Origin: Clostridia bacterium
Lineage (GTDB): Bacteria > Bacillota > Clostridia > UMGS1883
Assembly: GCA_045596985.1 (NCBI GenBank)
Contig: JAZODM010000019.1
Location: forward strand, 1-54,303
DNA: 54,303 nt
Direction: 5' to 3'
Shown here: positions 35,739-45,153 of the stretch, piece by piece
Numbering within the stretch: position 1 is the stretch's first letter
Layout: every line of letters begins with the position of its first letter
Position numbers and translations under genes: made by a program
The notes under the pieces: model-generated
The model's database searches: none
What the model was told of the DNA's origin: nothing
Seen by the model: only the letters and a program-made list of their open reading frames with translations

Positions 35739-36470
35739 ATGGCAGAATTTTGGAGCGGACTTAAATCCGACTTTATAAAATGCTTTATAACTAAAAACAG
35801 ATGGACATTTATTACTGACGGTCTGTGGGCAACTCTTAAGATAACTCTTTTTTCGTGCCTGATGGGTATTGCAATCGGTCTTATCGTTGCAATTATCCGC
35901 AGCACATATGAGCAAAATCACAAGCGTATGCGTAAAGGCTTTGGCAAAAGCGTGCTTTGCATTCTGAATTTTATATGCAACATTTATCTTACCGTTATAC
36001 GTGGAACACCCGTTGTTGTACAGCTTATGATTATGTACTACATAATTTTTGCAAGCTCAAGTAACGGCATTTTAATTGCGGTAACGGCTTTTGGTATAAA
36101 TTCAGGTGCATATGTTGCGGAAATTTTCCGAAGCGGTATTATGAGTATCGACAACGGTCAGTTTGAGGCGGGCAGAAGTCTTGGCTTCGGGTATATAAAA
36201 ACTATGGCATATATTATTTTCCCGCAGGCTTTTAAAAGTGTTCTTCCTACCCTTGCCAACGAATTTATAGTTCTTCTTAAAGAAACATCCGTTGCAGGCT
36301 ACGTGGCTATACAGGACCTTACCAAGGGCGGCGATATTATCCGCGGTGCTACGTATGAAACCTTTATGCCGCTTTTCGCTGTTGCAGGAATTTACCTTAT
36401 TATGGTTATTTTCTTCACACAGCTTGTAAACAAGCTTGAAAGGAGGCTGCGTAAGAGTGATAACCGTTAA
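35739..36470 (+). CDS. Amino-acid ABC transporter permease (His/Glu/Gln/Arg/opine family)
   Basis: BPD_transp_1 EAA-type loop ([22 protein letters not shown]). Confidence 0.88.
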   Translation: MAEFWSGLKSDFIKCFITKNRWTFITDGLWATLKITLFSCLMGIAIGLIVAIIRSTYEQNHKRMRKGFGKSVLCILNFICNIYLTVIRGTPVVVQLMIMYYIIFASSSNGILIAVTAFGINSGAYVAEIFRSGIMSIDNGQFEAGRSLGFGYIKTMAYIIFPQAFKSVLPTLANEFIVLLKETSVAGYVAIQDLTKGGDIIRGATYETFMPLFAVAGIYLIMVIFFTQLVNKLERRLRKSDNR

Positions 36471-37188
36471 AAATCTCGAAAAAAACTTTGGCGAAAATAA
36501 TGAAATTCACGTTCTTAAAGGAATTGACGAAAATATCCGCAAAGGGGAGCAGGTTGTTGTAATCGGCCCCTCCGGCAGTGGTAAAAGTACGTTTTTAAGA
36601 TGTCTTAATCTTCTTGAAAACCCTACTGAAGGTCAGATTTTCTTTAATGGTGAAGAAATTACTTCTCCAAAATGCGATATTAATAAGGTTCGTCAGAATA
36701 TTGGTATGGTGTTTCAGCACTTCAACCTTTTCCCGCACCTTACAATTAAGCAGAATATCACCCTCGCGCCCGTAAAACTTGGCAAAATGACTAAGGAAGA
36801 GGCAGATAAAAAGGCAATGGAGCTTCTTTGCCGTGTAGGTCTTTCCGATAAGGCGGATGCTTACCCTCAGCAGCTTTCAGGCGGACAGAAGCAGCGTATT
36901 GCGATTGTGCGCGCTCTTGCGATGAATCCTGATGTAATGCTCTTTGACGAGCCGACAAGTGCACTTGACCCCGAAATGGTTGGCGAGGTGCTTGACGTTA
37001 TGAAGGAGCTTGCCGCTGACGGAATGACGATGGTTGTGGTAACACACGAAATGGGCTTCGCTCGTGAGGTTGCAGATACCGTAATCTTTATGGATGACGG
37101 AAAGGTTGCAGCAAAGGGAACACCCGAGGAAATTTTCGATAACCCCACACATCCAAGGCTCAAAGAATTTTTAGGAAAAGTTTTGTAA
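36457..37188 (+). CDS. Amino-acid ABC transporter ATP-binding protein
   Basis: Walker [10 protein letters not shown], signature LSGGQKQR, Walker [12 protein letters not shown]. The GTG at 36457 lies 10 nt after AGGAGG; the track's TTG start is at 36436. Confidence 0.9.
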   Translation: MITVKNLEKNFGENNEIHVLKGIDENIRKGEQVVVIGPSGSGKSTFLRCLNLLENPTEGQIFFNGEEITSPKCDINKVRQNIGMVFQHFNLFPHLTIKQNITLAPVKLGKMTKEEADKKAMELLCRVGLSDKADAYPQQLSGGQKQRIAIVRALAMNPDVMLFDEPTSALDPEMVGEVLDVMKELAADGMTMVVVTHEMGFAREVADTVIFMDDGKVAAKGTPEEIFDNPTHPRLKEFLGKVL

Positions 37189-37373
37189 AGGCTGACAAGG
37201 TCAGCCTTTACAAAAAGAAGTTTTGCAAGCAAAACATTCTCTTTCGAGATAAGGGCTTTCGCTCGCGCGGCACTCACCGTGCCAGCCCTTTATAGGAGTT
37301 AAAACCGAGGTACACGCCCCCGGTTTTAACGATTTATATTGTTAAGGGGACACCCCTTAACAAACCCCTTATT
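37188..37373 (+). repeat. Multi-hairpin interspersed repeat, copy B
   Basis: Begins on the last base of the ABC ATPase stop codon. Hairpins: H0 37188-37208, H1 37220-37235, H2 37251-37290, H3 37301-37327, H4 37342-37360. Confidence 0.88.
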
Positions 37374-37379
37374 ATGTAT

Positions 37380-37417
37380 AAAAAAATACAGAGAGAAATT
37401 TTCTCTCTGTATTTTTT
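37380..37417. terminator. Bidirectional terminator (ABC operon / ypeB)
   Basis: ATACAGAGAGAA-ATT-TTCTCTCTGTAT flanked by an A7 run and a T7 run. Confidence 0.85.
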
Positions 37418-38742
37418 TATACCGCGAGTGTTCCGCCTTCTGTTTCGAGGAGAATCTGTACGTCCTCCGTATAGCCTGTCTGTGTATTTACATACGTCAG
37501 GAAATGCTTTCCTGAAACAATACCTTTTATTTGGTAACAACATGCCTCACTGCCGTCCTCAAGGGGGATTATTGCAGTTGTTACACCTTTTATTTTAAGT
37601 CCACTGCTTACGTTTTCAAGGGCTTTTTCCTCACTTATTTTCGGTGCAGGGATTTGCCGCTGCATATGGTTCATTATATATCCGCGGCTTTCAAAGCCTA
37701 TTACCTCGCCGCTGTCAAGGGCAACCTTAACCTTTACCAAATCAGGAAAAACAACATATCCGTCCTGTTCATAGGCATAGTTTATAACTATGCTTCCGTC
37801 ACGCTTTTCATAATAGCTTTCGCGCATATCCATAAACCCGTTATCGCGCAGGAAAAGCTCTGCCTTTACCTTTGCATCCTCTATGGAAAGCGTTTCCTCC
37901 TCAATATTTCTGTCACGCATCAATAAAAGGAGTATGCCGCCATCCTTTGTGTATTCAATAACACGGTCTTTACTCTTTATACTGTAGGACGGGAGCTTTC
38001 CGTTAATTTCCGTAACGCTCACTTCCTCTTCCCCTGTAAACTTTTTTGCATAATTTATCGCCTGCTTCTTGCTTATCTGCGCCTTGCCCTTTATCAGCAC
38101 AGATTCTTTCAGTGACAAATGCTGCGAAAACGGCCCGTCATATATAAGAGAAGGATAACTGTGAAATTCTTCTTCGAGCGAGGCAAGCTCGCTCGCCATA
38201 GCAACCTTTCCGCCTCCGATAAAGCTTCCTATCTTTGACGCTGAATTACTCAGCGATATTCTCCCCTCATTTATGCCTATGAGCATATCGTCAAGGCCAC
38301 TTTTGAGTGTTTCTGCATATTGCCTTAGCTCGCTCATTGTTTTTATTTCCTTTTCGCTCATTTTTTCGCCCTTGAGCATTTTTGCGGAAATTGCGTTTGC
38401 GTATTCTCCGACCTGCGACAAAAATTCCGACGTTTTTTCAAGCTGATGTCCGTCTAAGGGTAGCAGTGCCAGATTTGCCTTTGCACCGCTTGATTGTCCG
38501 TACAAATCACCTGCAAGCTTTGCCATCTGCTGCGGAGTAGAAATAACCTGCCCCTTTAAAAGTGAAATTTCAAGGTCATCCACATACTCTGTAAGCTCTG
38601 TAAAAACTCTGTTATACTCTATCTCCCTGGCGTAGCTCAGCTCCCTTGCCCTCTTATACTGCACAATGCCAAAAACCGTTACAAGGCACAGCAGCGTTGA
38701 AAGCAGAATGTACTGTTTGCGTTTTTTTAATATTTCAAACAT
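37417..38742 (-). CDS. ypeB: Germination protein YpeB
   Basis: N-terminal membrane anchor, YpeB-type N-domain (YAREIEYNRVFTELTEYVDDLEISLLKG), and C-terminal PepSY repeats. No sleB is adjacent. Confidence 0.8.
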   Translation of the reverse strand: MFEILKKRKQYILLSTLLCLVTVFGIVQYKRARELSYAREIEYNRVFTELTEYVDDLEISLLKGQVISTPQQMAKLAGDLYGQSSGAKANLALLPLDGHQLEKTSEFLSQVGEYANAISAKMLKGEKMSEKEIKTMSELRQYAETLKSGLDDMLIGINEGRISLSNSASKIGSFIGGGKVAMASELASLEEEFHSYPSLIYDGPFSQHLSLKESVLIKGKAQISKKQAINYAKKFTGEEEVSVTEINGKLPSYSIKSKDRVIEYTKDGGILLLLMRDRNIEEETLSIEDAKVKAELFLRDNGFMDMRESYYEKRDGSIVINYAYEQDGYVVFPDLVKVKVALDSGEVIGFESRGYIMNHMQRQIPAPKISEEKALENVSSGLKIKGVTTAIIPLEDGSEACCYQIKGIVSGKHFLTYVNTQTGYTEDVQILLETEGGTLAV

Positions 38743-38809
38743 TCAGTTACCACCTCTACTTTAAATTTCTTCACTTTATGAAAATTTATTCATTTTTTCT
38801 TGTTTATTC

Positions 38810-38838
38810 TTGAAAAGAGTATTATTAATTGTTATAAT
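38810..38838 (+). promoter_or_regulatory. SigA-type promoter of the ApgM-family gene
   Basis: TTGAAA (38810-38815), a 17-nt spacer, then TATAAT (38833-38838). Confidence 0.65.
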
Positions 38839-38869
38839 TAAGTCAAATTCTTGGAAAGGTCCTGATTTT

Positions 38870-40072
38870 ATGAAACACGTAATTATTCTTACAGACGGCT
38901 GTGCAGATCTCCCGATTGCAGAGCTTGGAAATATGACCCCTCTTGAAAAGAGTACTACTCCCAATATGGACGATTTTGCAAAAAATGGTTCTCTTTACCT
39001 GGTAAAGACCGTTCCCGACGGTATGAAGCCGGGCAGTGATGTGGCAAACCTTGCGGTTATGGGCTACAATCCGCTTGAGTGTTACACAGGTCGCTCCCCG
39101 CTTGAGGCGGCAAGTATCGGCGTAAAGCTGGAGGATAATCAGACTGCGTTCCGCGCAAACCTTGTTACCCTTTCTGACGAGGCAGACTACAGCGAAAAAA
39201 CAATGCTCGACTATTCTGCAGGCGAAATTTCAACCGAGGAGAGCCGCGCCCTTATGGCAGATATTGAAAAGGCTCTCGGTGGCGGCGACATCCATTTTTA
39301 CGGTGGCGTAAGCTACCGCCACCTTTTCGTATGGACGGATGCACCCGAAAAATTCACCCTGACACCTCCCCACGATATATCAGACAGAAAAATACGTGAT
39401 TATCTTCCCTCTGACGAAAGAATTTATGACCTTATGAAAAAGAGTGAGGAAATTCTTAAAAACCACCCTATCAATCAAAAACGTATTGCCGAGGGGAAAA
39501 ATCCTGCTACATCAATGTGGATATGGGGCGAGGGTACGAGGCCTTCCCTTAATTCCTTTATCAGTCTTTATAATAAAAAAGGCGCTGTTGTAAGTGCCGT
39601 TGACCTTATAAAGGGAATTGCGATTTTGGCAGGAATGAACAGTATTGATGTTGAAGGTGCAACGGGAAATATCCACACAAACTTTGACGGCAAGGCAAAG
39701 GCAGCAGCCGACGCTCTGTTAAATGACGGTGCAGACCTTGTTTATGTCCATCTTGAGGCACCTGACGAATGCGGTCACCAGGGCGATGCACCGGGTAAAG
39801 CACGCAGTCTTGAGCTTATTGATGAAAAGGTTATCGGCTATATCCGCAAACGTCTTGAGGATGCAGGGGAGGATTATGCATTTATGGTTATGCCTGACCA
39901 CCCCACACCCGTTTCAACGAAAACTCACAGTAGCGAGAGCGTTCCGTGCGTAATTTATAAAAAGGGCGATGATCGCGCAAACGATTATCGTTTTACCGAA
40001 GAATATGCGCGCAAATACGGCGAAAAGGTTGATATTGGATATACAATTATGAGAAAATTTCTTGATAAATAA
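38870..40072 (+). CDS. apgM: Cofactor-independent phosphoglycerate mutase, archaeal ApgM type (the family also contains proposed non-canonical homoserine kinases)
   Basis: MKHVIILTDGCADLP..., the GSDVANL motif, and the metalloenzyme C-terminal motifs HLEAPDECGHQGD and PDHPTP. Confidence 0.8.
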   Translation: MKHVIILTDGCADLPIAELGNMTPLEKSTTPNMDDFAKNGSLYLVKTVPDGMKPGSDVANLAVMGYNPLECYTGRSPLEAASIGVKLEDNQTAFRANLVTLSDEADYSEKTMLDYSAGEISTEESRALMADIEKALGGGDIHFYGGVSYRHLFVWTDAPEKFTLTPPHDISDRKIRDYLPSDERIYDLMKKSEEILKNHPINQKRIAEGKNPATSMWIWGEGTRPSLNSFISLYNKKGAVVSAVDLIKGIAILAGMNSIDVEGATGNIHTNFDGKAKAAADALLNDGADLVYVHLEAPDECGHQGDAPGKARSLELIDEKVIGYIRKRLEDAGEDYAFMVMPDHPTPVSTKTHSSESVPCVIYKKGDDRANDYRFTEEYARKYGEKVDIGYTIMRKFLDK

Positions 40073-40108
40073 TTTGTAAAAGTTTAAATTATTATAATTC
40101 AGAATAAA

Positions 40109-40139
40109 ATAGAAAGAGTTTATAGCTCTTTCTATTTTT
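40109..40139 (+). terminator. Terminator of the ApgM-family gene
   Basis: ATAGAAAGAG-7 nt-CTCTTTCTAT followed by TTTT. Confidence 0.8.
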
Positions 40140-40156
40140 CTTTTTGGGGTGATTTT

Positions 40157-41242
40157 TTGAAATTCATTTCGCTAAAGCTTCTTCGCTCTTTATGTCTTGA
40201 CTTTATAATATTTTTAATTCCCTTATCACTTATTCTCTTTTTTATTCCGTATGCGTTGCGGCTTTTCCTGCCTTTTATCGCCGCATTTTTTCTCTACCTT
40301 GCTGCAAATCCGCTCAATAAAGCACTCTCTCGGAGAAAAATCCCCCGCTCCTTGTGTGCTTTTCTTTCACTTTTTATAATATCCTTTATCCTTGCACTTA
40401 TTATCCGTATTCTTTCAGTAAAATTATGGGATGAGCTTCGCTCCCTCAGCGAAAATTCCTCCGCAATATATAATTCCTATTCCGCCTCTCTTTCAAAAGC
40501 TTCGCAAAGGATTTTTTCACGTGCGCAGGATTTTTCCTTTTCTCTGCAGGGCGCAGATAACGCATCCGCCATTTTTTCCTCTTTTTCCGAGGCATTCCAA
40601 AAGCAGCTTGGAAAAGTTTTATCAGATTTCAGCCTCTCCTTCCTTAATGCGGCTAAGAATATCCCTGCCCTCTTTCTGGGGGTTTTTACAACAATTTTCA
40701 CAACCTTTTTCCTGCTTAAGGAAAGCGACTCTCTCTTTTCACTCCTTCGCAGATTTTTCGGGGAAAAGGTATGCAACTTCTTTTACAGGGCAAAAAACAC
40801 CTTTTTTAACGCTGCTGCATCTTACATTAAAGCGCAGCTTATAATCGAAGGTATTATTTTTATTATTCTTCTGTGTGGATTTTTAATGCTGAAAATAAAT
40901 TATTCCTTCACTCTGGCACTGATTACAGCGCTTGTCGATGTCGTTCCTATTTTCGGCACGGGCGCAATTCTTATCCCTATGGCTATTTTTAATTTTTTAT
41001 CAGCTAAATCGTCTTTAGGGTGGGGTATTTTGATCTTATACGGAACAGCGCTCCTTGCGCGCCAGCTTTGCGAGCCTAAAATAATCGGTAAAAAGCTTGG
41101 AATTCATCCCCTTGTCACGATTTTTTCAATTTATGTGGGAACGAAGCTTTTTGGTGTTTTGGGTCTTATTCTCGCGCCGCTTGCCGCCGTTTTTATAAAA
41201 GTCCTCTTTTTCTCTCATCAAGAAAATACCAAGACTTCATAA
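40157..41242 (+). CDS. ytvI: AI-2E family transporter / sporulation integral membrane protein YtvI-like
   Basis: 361 aa and polytopic, with a conserved C-terminal block (ALVDVVPIFGTGAILIPMAIF, EPKIIGKKLGIHPLVTI). TTG start after GGGGTGA. Confidence 0.7.
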   Translation: MKFISLKLLRSLCLDFIIFLIPLSLILFFIPYALRLFLPFIAAFFLYLAANPLNKALSRRKIPRSLCAFLSLFIISFILALIIRILSVKLWDELRSLSENSSAIYNSYSASLSKASQRIFSRAQDFSFSLQGADNASAIFSSFSEAFQKQLGKVLSDFSLSFLNAAKNIPALFLGVFTTIFTTFFLLKESDSLFSLLRRFFGEKVCNFFYRAKNTFFNAAASYIKAQLIIEGIIFIILLCGFLMLKINYSFTLALITALVDVVPIFGTGAILIPMAIFNFLSAKSSLGWGILILYGTALLARQLCEPKIIGKKLGIHPLVTIFSIYVGTKLFGVLGLILAPLAAVFIKVLFFSHQENTKTS

Positions 41243-41335
41243 AATTTCTTATGCAAAATGCGAACAAATGTTTGCTTTTTGCATTTTTTTGTGTTATACT
41301 TGCATTATCGGACTACTAAAAAGGAGGGGATTTTC

Positions 41336-42100
41336 GTGTCTTTCCAGGCAAGTTTAGATAATCAGGACGTATTTTATATTTATGACGGCAGCTTTGACGG
41401 ACTTTTAAGTGTTATTTTCACGGCAGTTTATTCACGCCTTGTCCCCTGCGGAATTTACGTGCATAGGGGGATGCAGTTTTCTCTTAATGCGCGTTATGTA
41501 GAGGTTGAAACAAATAAAAACCGCGCAAAGCGCGTTTACGATGCAATTTTTCGCAAGATAGGAAGCTTTGGTCTTAAACGGCTTTATTATGTTTTTCTCA
41601 GTGATGCTCCCGATAAAGACCTTATTATATATAAATATATGATGCTTGGATTTAAAAACGGCAGTATTACAAACTCTGCACTTTCAGATGATACTGTTTC
41701 GCGCGCATTTAGCCTCTCCGAAAATGTTTCACGTGAAACAGAGAAGTTTCGTCAGTTCACCAGGTTTTCTGTGATGCAGTGGGGCGTTCAGTACGCAAAG
41801 ATTGCCCCCAACAATAACATTTTGCCCATTCTTACCCCGTTTTTCGTAAACAGATTGAAGGTAATTCCCTTTGTCCTCCACGATTCCACGCACAATGTTT
41901 GTGCCGTCTACGATACTAAAGAGTGGCGCGTTTCCTCTGCCGAGGGACTTATCGCACCTGAAAAGGGGAGTGACGGGGCGGAAATCGAAAAACTCTGGAA
42001 AGCTTTCTTTGATGCAATCTCCATAAAGGAAAGAAAAAACACAAAGCTTCAGAAACAGAATATGCCGTCAAGATACTTTAAAAATGTTTGGACACTTTAA
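41336..42100 (+). CDS. DUF4130 / TIGR03915-type probable DNA-metabolism protein
   Basis: GTG start 6 nt after AAGGAGGGGA. N-terminal YIYDGSFDGLLSVIF, mid VSRETEKFRQFTRF, and C-terminal ERKNTKLQKQNMPSRYFKNV are typical of this family. Confidence 0.7.
   Translation: MSFQASLDNQDVFYIYDGSFDGLLSVIFTAVYSRLVPCGIYVHRGMQFSLNARYVEVETNKNRAKRVYDAIFRKIGSFGLKRLYYVFLSDAPDKDLIIYKYMMLGFKNGSITNSALSDDTVSRAFSLSENVSRETEKFRQFTRFSVMQWGVQYAKIAPNNNILPILTPFFVNRLKVIPFVLHDSTHNVCAVYDTKEWRVSSAEGLIAPEKGSDGAEIEKLWKAFFDAISIKERKNTKLQKQNMPSRYFKNVWTL
41725..41740. promoter_or_regulatory. parS site (perfect TGTTTCACGTGAAACA) inside the DUF4130 CDS
   Basis: Exact 16-bp palindrome matching the Firmicute parS consensus TGTTNCACGTGAAACA. 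Confidence 0.85.
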
Positions 42101-42113
42101 TGTTTTCAGGCAC

Positions 42114-42147
42114 AAAAAAATGACTTGGACAACCCAAGTCATTTTTT
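42114..42147. terminator. Bidirectional terminator (DUF4130 gene / serS)
   Basis: AAAAAATGACTTGG-ACAAC-CCAAGTCATTTTTT. Confidence 0.85.
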
Positions 42148-42153
42148 GTGTTC

Positions 42154-43425
42154 TTATTTTATAATTGTTTTTCCGCCCATATACGGAACAAGCACATCAG
42201 GAACTGTAATGCTTCCGTCTTCGTTCTGGTAGTTTTCTATAATTGCCGCTACCGTTCTTCCTACTGCAACACCGCTTCCGTTAAGGGTGTGAACGAACTG
42301 TGCCTTGCTGCCCTGACCATCTTTATACTTAATATTAGCTCTTCTTGCCTGGAAATCTTCAAAATTACTGCAGGATGAAATTTCAACATATCTTCCGTAA
42401 GAGGGCATCCATACCTCAATATCATACTTCTTTGCCGCGGTAAAACCAAGGTCACCGATGCAAATTCTCACAACGCGGTAGGGAAGACCTAATCCCTGAA
42501 GGACCTTTTCTGCATCATTTGTCAGCTTTTCAAGCTCTTCATAGGACTCCTCGGGCTTTGTAAACTTAACAAGCTCAACCTTGTTGAACTGATGCTGACG
42601 GATAAGTCCGCGCGTATCTCTTCCTGCGCTTCCTGCCTCTGCACGGAAGCAAGCGGTATATGCAACATGTTTAATAGGAAGGTCTTTTGCATCAAGTATC
42701 TGTTCGCGGTACATATTTGTAACGGGTACTTCTGCCGTAGGAACGAGGAAATAATCGGTATCTGCGACCTTAAATGCATCCTCTTCAAACTTAGGAAGCT
42801 GACCCGTTCCCACCATTGAATTTCTGTGTACCATAAACGGAGGGAATACCTCTGTATATCCGTTTTTCTCGGTATGTGTATCAAGATAATAGTTAATAAC
42901 TGCTCTTTCAAGTCTTGCGCCGGCATCCTTATACACAGTAAAGCGCGCACCCGTTATTTTCGCAGCTGTGTCAGGGTCAAGAATTCCCAAATCCTTACCT
43001 AAATCCCAATGCGCCTTCGGCTCAAAGCCAAAATCTTTAGGCTCACCGAATTTTCTGATTTCTATATTATCCTCGTCAGTATCTCCGTCGGGAACGTCAT
43101 CACTGGGAATATTGGGGATTGTCAGCATCATACGGTTAAGTTCATCCTCAACCTCTCTTGTTTTTGCATCAAGCTCCTTGATTTTTTCTGAAATTTCTTT
43201 CATCTGGGCAAAAACCTCGGTAGTATCCTTTCCCTCTTTCTTCATTACGGGAATCTGCTTTGTAACCTCGTTCTGCTTTGCTTTAAGTGCCTCCGCCTCA
43301 ACTAAAAGAGCGCGTCTTTTATCGTCAATTTCGATTATTGCATCGATATCAACAACTTCTTTTCTTCTTCCCAGAGCCTTTTTTACCCTTTCCGTTTCTC
43401 CTCTGATAAGTTTAAGGTCTAACAT
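42154..43425 (-). CDS. serS: Serine--tRNA ligase
   Basis: [10 protein letters not shown]... with an N-terminal coiled coil and class II motifs ([30 protein letters not shown]). The track ORF extends 10 codons further upstream. Confidence 0.95.
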   Translation of the reverse strand: MLDLKLIRGETERVKKALGRRKEVVDIDAIIEIDDKRRALLVEAEALKAKQNEVTKQIPVMKKEGKDTTEVFAQMKEISEKIKELDAKTREVEDELNRMMLTIPNIPSDDVPDGDTDEDNIEIRKFGEPKDFGFEPKAHWDLGKDLGILDPDTAAKITGARFTVYKDAGARLERAVINYYLDTHTEKNGYTEVFPPFMVHRNSMVGTGQLPKFEEDAFKVADTDYFLVPTAEVPVTNMYREQILDAKDLPIKHVAYTACFRAEAGSAGRDTRGLIRQHQFNKVELVKFTKPEESYEELEKLTNDAEKVLQGLGLPYRVVRICIGDLGFTAAKKYDIEVWMPSYGRYVEISSCSNFEDFQARRANIKYKDGQGSKAQFVHTLNGSGVAVGRTVAAIIENYQNEDGSITVPDVLVPYMGGKTIIK

Positions 43426-43470
43426 TTTAAAACTTCCTTTCGTATTTATAAGCAATTATTATAATCAATT

Positions 43471-44319
43471 TTAATCAAGCAAATCAACTATTCTGGTAAG
43501 GTCTGCCACGCTGTAAAACTCAAGCTCAATTTTTCCTTTTTTTACGCCTTTTATCCTTACCTTTGTACCGAATTTCTGTGAAAGATTTCTTTCAACGTCA
43601 CCGTATGCGCTTACTTTAGAGCTGTGCGGCGATTTTTTAGGTGCAGCTTTTTCATCCTTAAGAGCCTCTGCCTGCCTTACATTAAGTCCCTCTGCAACTA
43701 TTTTCCTTGCTGCTTCAATGCGGCTCTTCCCCTCCGGAAGGGATAGGAGCGCCCTTGCATGCCCCATTGTAAGGGTGTTTTGTGCAAGCATTTCCTTTAT
43801 TTCGTCTTCTAGGGAAAGAAGCCTTAGCATATTTGCAACATTACTTCGGCTTTTGCCCACTCTTTCGCTGACTTTATCCTGCGTCATCGAAAATTTGTCC
43901 ATAAGGGTCTTGTAACCAAGCGCCTCTTCTATAGGGTTGAGGTCTTCCCTCTGCAGATTTTCAATAAGTGCAACCTCTGCAATCTGCATTTCGTCATACG
44001 TTCTTACAATTGCAGGAATTTCCGAAAGGTTTGCAAGCTTTGACGCCCGCCATCTTCTTTCTCCCGCTATTATACTGTAATAGCCGTTTTCTCCCTCTGT
44101 AACTATTATAGGTTGTATTACGCCGTGCTCCGAAATAGAATTTGCCAATGCCTGCAACTGTTCGCGGTCAAAATTCTTTCTGGGCTGGTCGCGTCTTGGC
44201 TCGATAAGGCTTGTCCTTATCATTCTTACCTCGCCCTGCTCTTTTTCCGTAACATCTTCTTCAGGCAAGCCGCTTTTGGAGAAAAGAGCGTCAAGTCCCT
44301 GTCCCAAAACTCTCTTCAT
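43471..44319 (-). CDS. spo0J: Chromosome partitioning protein ParB/Spo0J
   Basis: GERRWRAS, IENLQREDLNPIEEA, and HTH SERVGKSRSNVANMLRLL. Confidence 0.93.
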   Translation of the reverse strand: MKRVLGQGLDALFSKSGLPEEDVTEKEQGEVRMIRTSLIEPRRDQPRKNFDREQLQALANSISEHGVIQPIIVTEGENGYYSIIAGERRWRASKLANLSEIPAIVRTYDEMQIAEVALIENLQREDLNPIEEALGYKTLMDKFSMTQDKVSERVGKSRSNVANMLRLLSLEDEIKEMLAQNTLTMGHARALLSLPEGKSRIEAARKIVAEGLNVRQAEALKDEKAAPKKSPHSSKVSAYGDVERNLSQKFGTKVRIKGVKKGKIELEFYSVADLTRIVDLLD

Positions 44320-44320
44320 C

Positions 44321-45109
44321 TTAATCCTCCTGTTCTTTTTCAGAATCTATTGAAGTAATAAGTTCTGTCGCAAGCTCCATATAGCTTTGTGCACCTGCGC
44401 AGGAGCCATCGTAATATATAACCGGTCTTCCAAAACCGGGGGCTTCGCTTATCCTTACATTTCGGGGGATAATTGTTGAATATACCTTTCCCGGAAAAAA
44501 CCTTTTCACCTCGTCAACAACCTGCACTGCGAGATTTGTCCGCGCATCGTACATAGTCATAACTATTCCCTGTATAAAAAGTGTTGGGTTTAATGCTTTT
44601 TTTATTCTTTTAATCGTTTCTGTAAGCTGACTTACACCCTCAAGCGCGTAAAATTCGCACTGTATAGGTATAAGAACACTGTCTGCCGCCGTAAGGGTGT
44701 TTATTGTGATAAGTCCGAGCGAGGGCGGAGTATCTATTAAAATAAAATCGTATTCTTCTTTTACGGATTCAAGACTTTCCTTTAGTCTGCTTTCCCTTCC
44801 CATTACGCTTATAAGCTCTATCTCCGCGCCGGAAAGGTCTAAGTTCGAGGGGCAAAGGCTCAGATTTTCGTACTGCGTCTGCACTGCAACATTTCCCATC
44901 TTTTCCTCGTTAATAAGGCAATCATAAATGGTTTTCTCACAACGCCTTTTATCAACGCCGAGTCCGCTTGTGGAATTACCCTGCGGATCTATGTCAATCA
45001 GCAATACTTTTTTTCCGAGTTTTGCAAGGCAGGCTGCAAGATTTACCGTTGTTGTCGTTTTCCCCACGCCGCCCTTCTGGTTTGCAATTGCAATTATCCT
45101 GCTCAACAA
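44321..45109 (-). CDS. soj: Chromosome partitioning ATPase ParA/Soj
   Basis: Deviant Walker A NQKGGVGKTTT; 262 aa. TTG start (45109 or 45106) after GGGGG. Confidence 0.93.
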   Translation of the reverse strand: MLSRIIAIANQKGGVGKTTTTVNLAACLAKLGKKVLLIDIDPQGNSTSGLGVDKRRCEKTIYDCLINEEKMGNVAVQTQYENLSLCPSNLDLSGAEIELISVMGRESRLKESLESVKEEYDFILIDTPPSLGLITINTLTAADSVLIPIQCEFYALEGVSQLTETIKRIKKALNPTLFIQGIVMTMYDARTNLAVQVVDEVKRFFPGKVYSTIIPRNVRISEAPGFGRPVIYYDGSCAGAQSYMELATELITSIDSEKEQED

Positions 45110-45125
45110 AATTCCCCCTTTTTTT

Positions 45126-45149
45126 CATTATAGCATACATTATAGCACA
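45126..45149 (-). promoter_or_regulatory. Tandem 12-mer duplication carrying two TATAAT boxes upstream of soj
   Basis: The + strand reads CATTATAGCATA CATTATAGCACA. The minus strand reads TGTGCTATAATG TATGCTATAATG. Confidence 0.55.
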
Positions 45150-45153
45150 TAAA

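Noticed and set aside
29947-42100. A 12-kb block of plus-strand genes that would be head-on to replication if oriC is at about 52.8 kb, considered as an inversion or island
   Set aside because: The content is ordinary housekeeping (dusB, proBAC, ABC transporter, mutase), with no boundary repeats, integrase or obvious compositional break. Strand bias is never absolute. GC skew cannot be assessed by eye.
43426-43470. Looked for a T-box leader upstream of serS
   Set aside because: Only about 45 nt separate the spo0J stop from the serS start. That is far too short for a T-box, and no specifier or antiterminator elements are visible.
42968-43474. 168-aa plus-strand ORF (Ser/Leu/Phe-rich)
   Set aside because: It is antisense to serS. 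The same reasoning applies to 46165-46653 (antisense to rsmG), 30235-30705 (antisense to the EIIC-like gene), 36867-37277, and the many other overlapping ORFs of 60-130 aa in the track.
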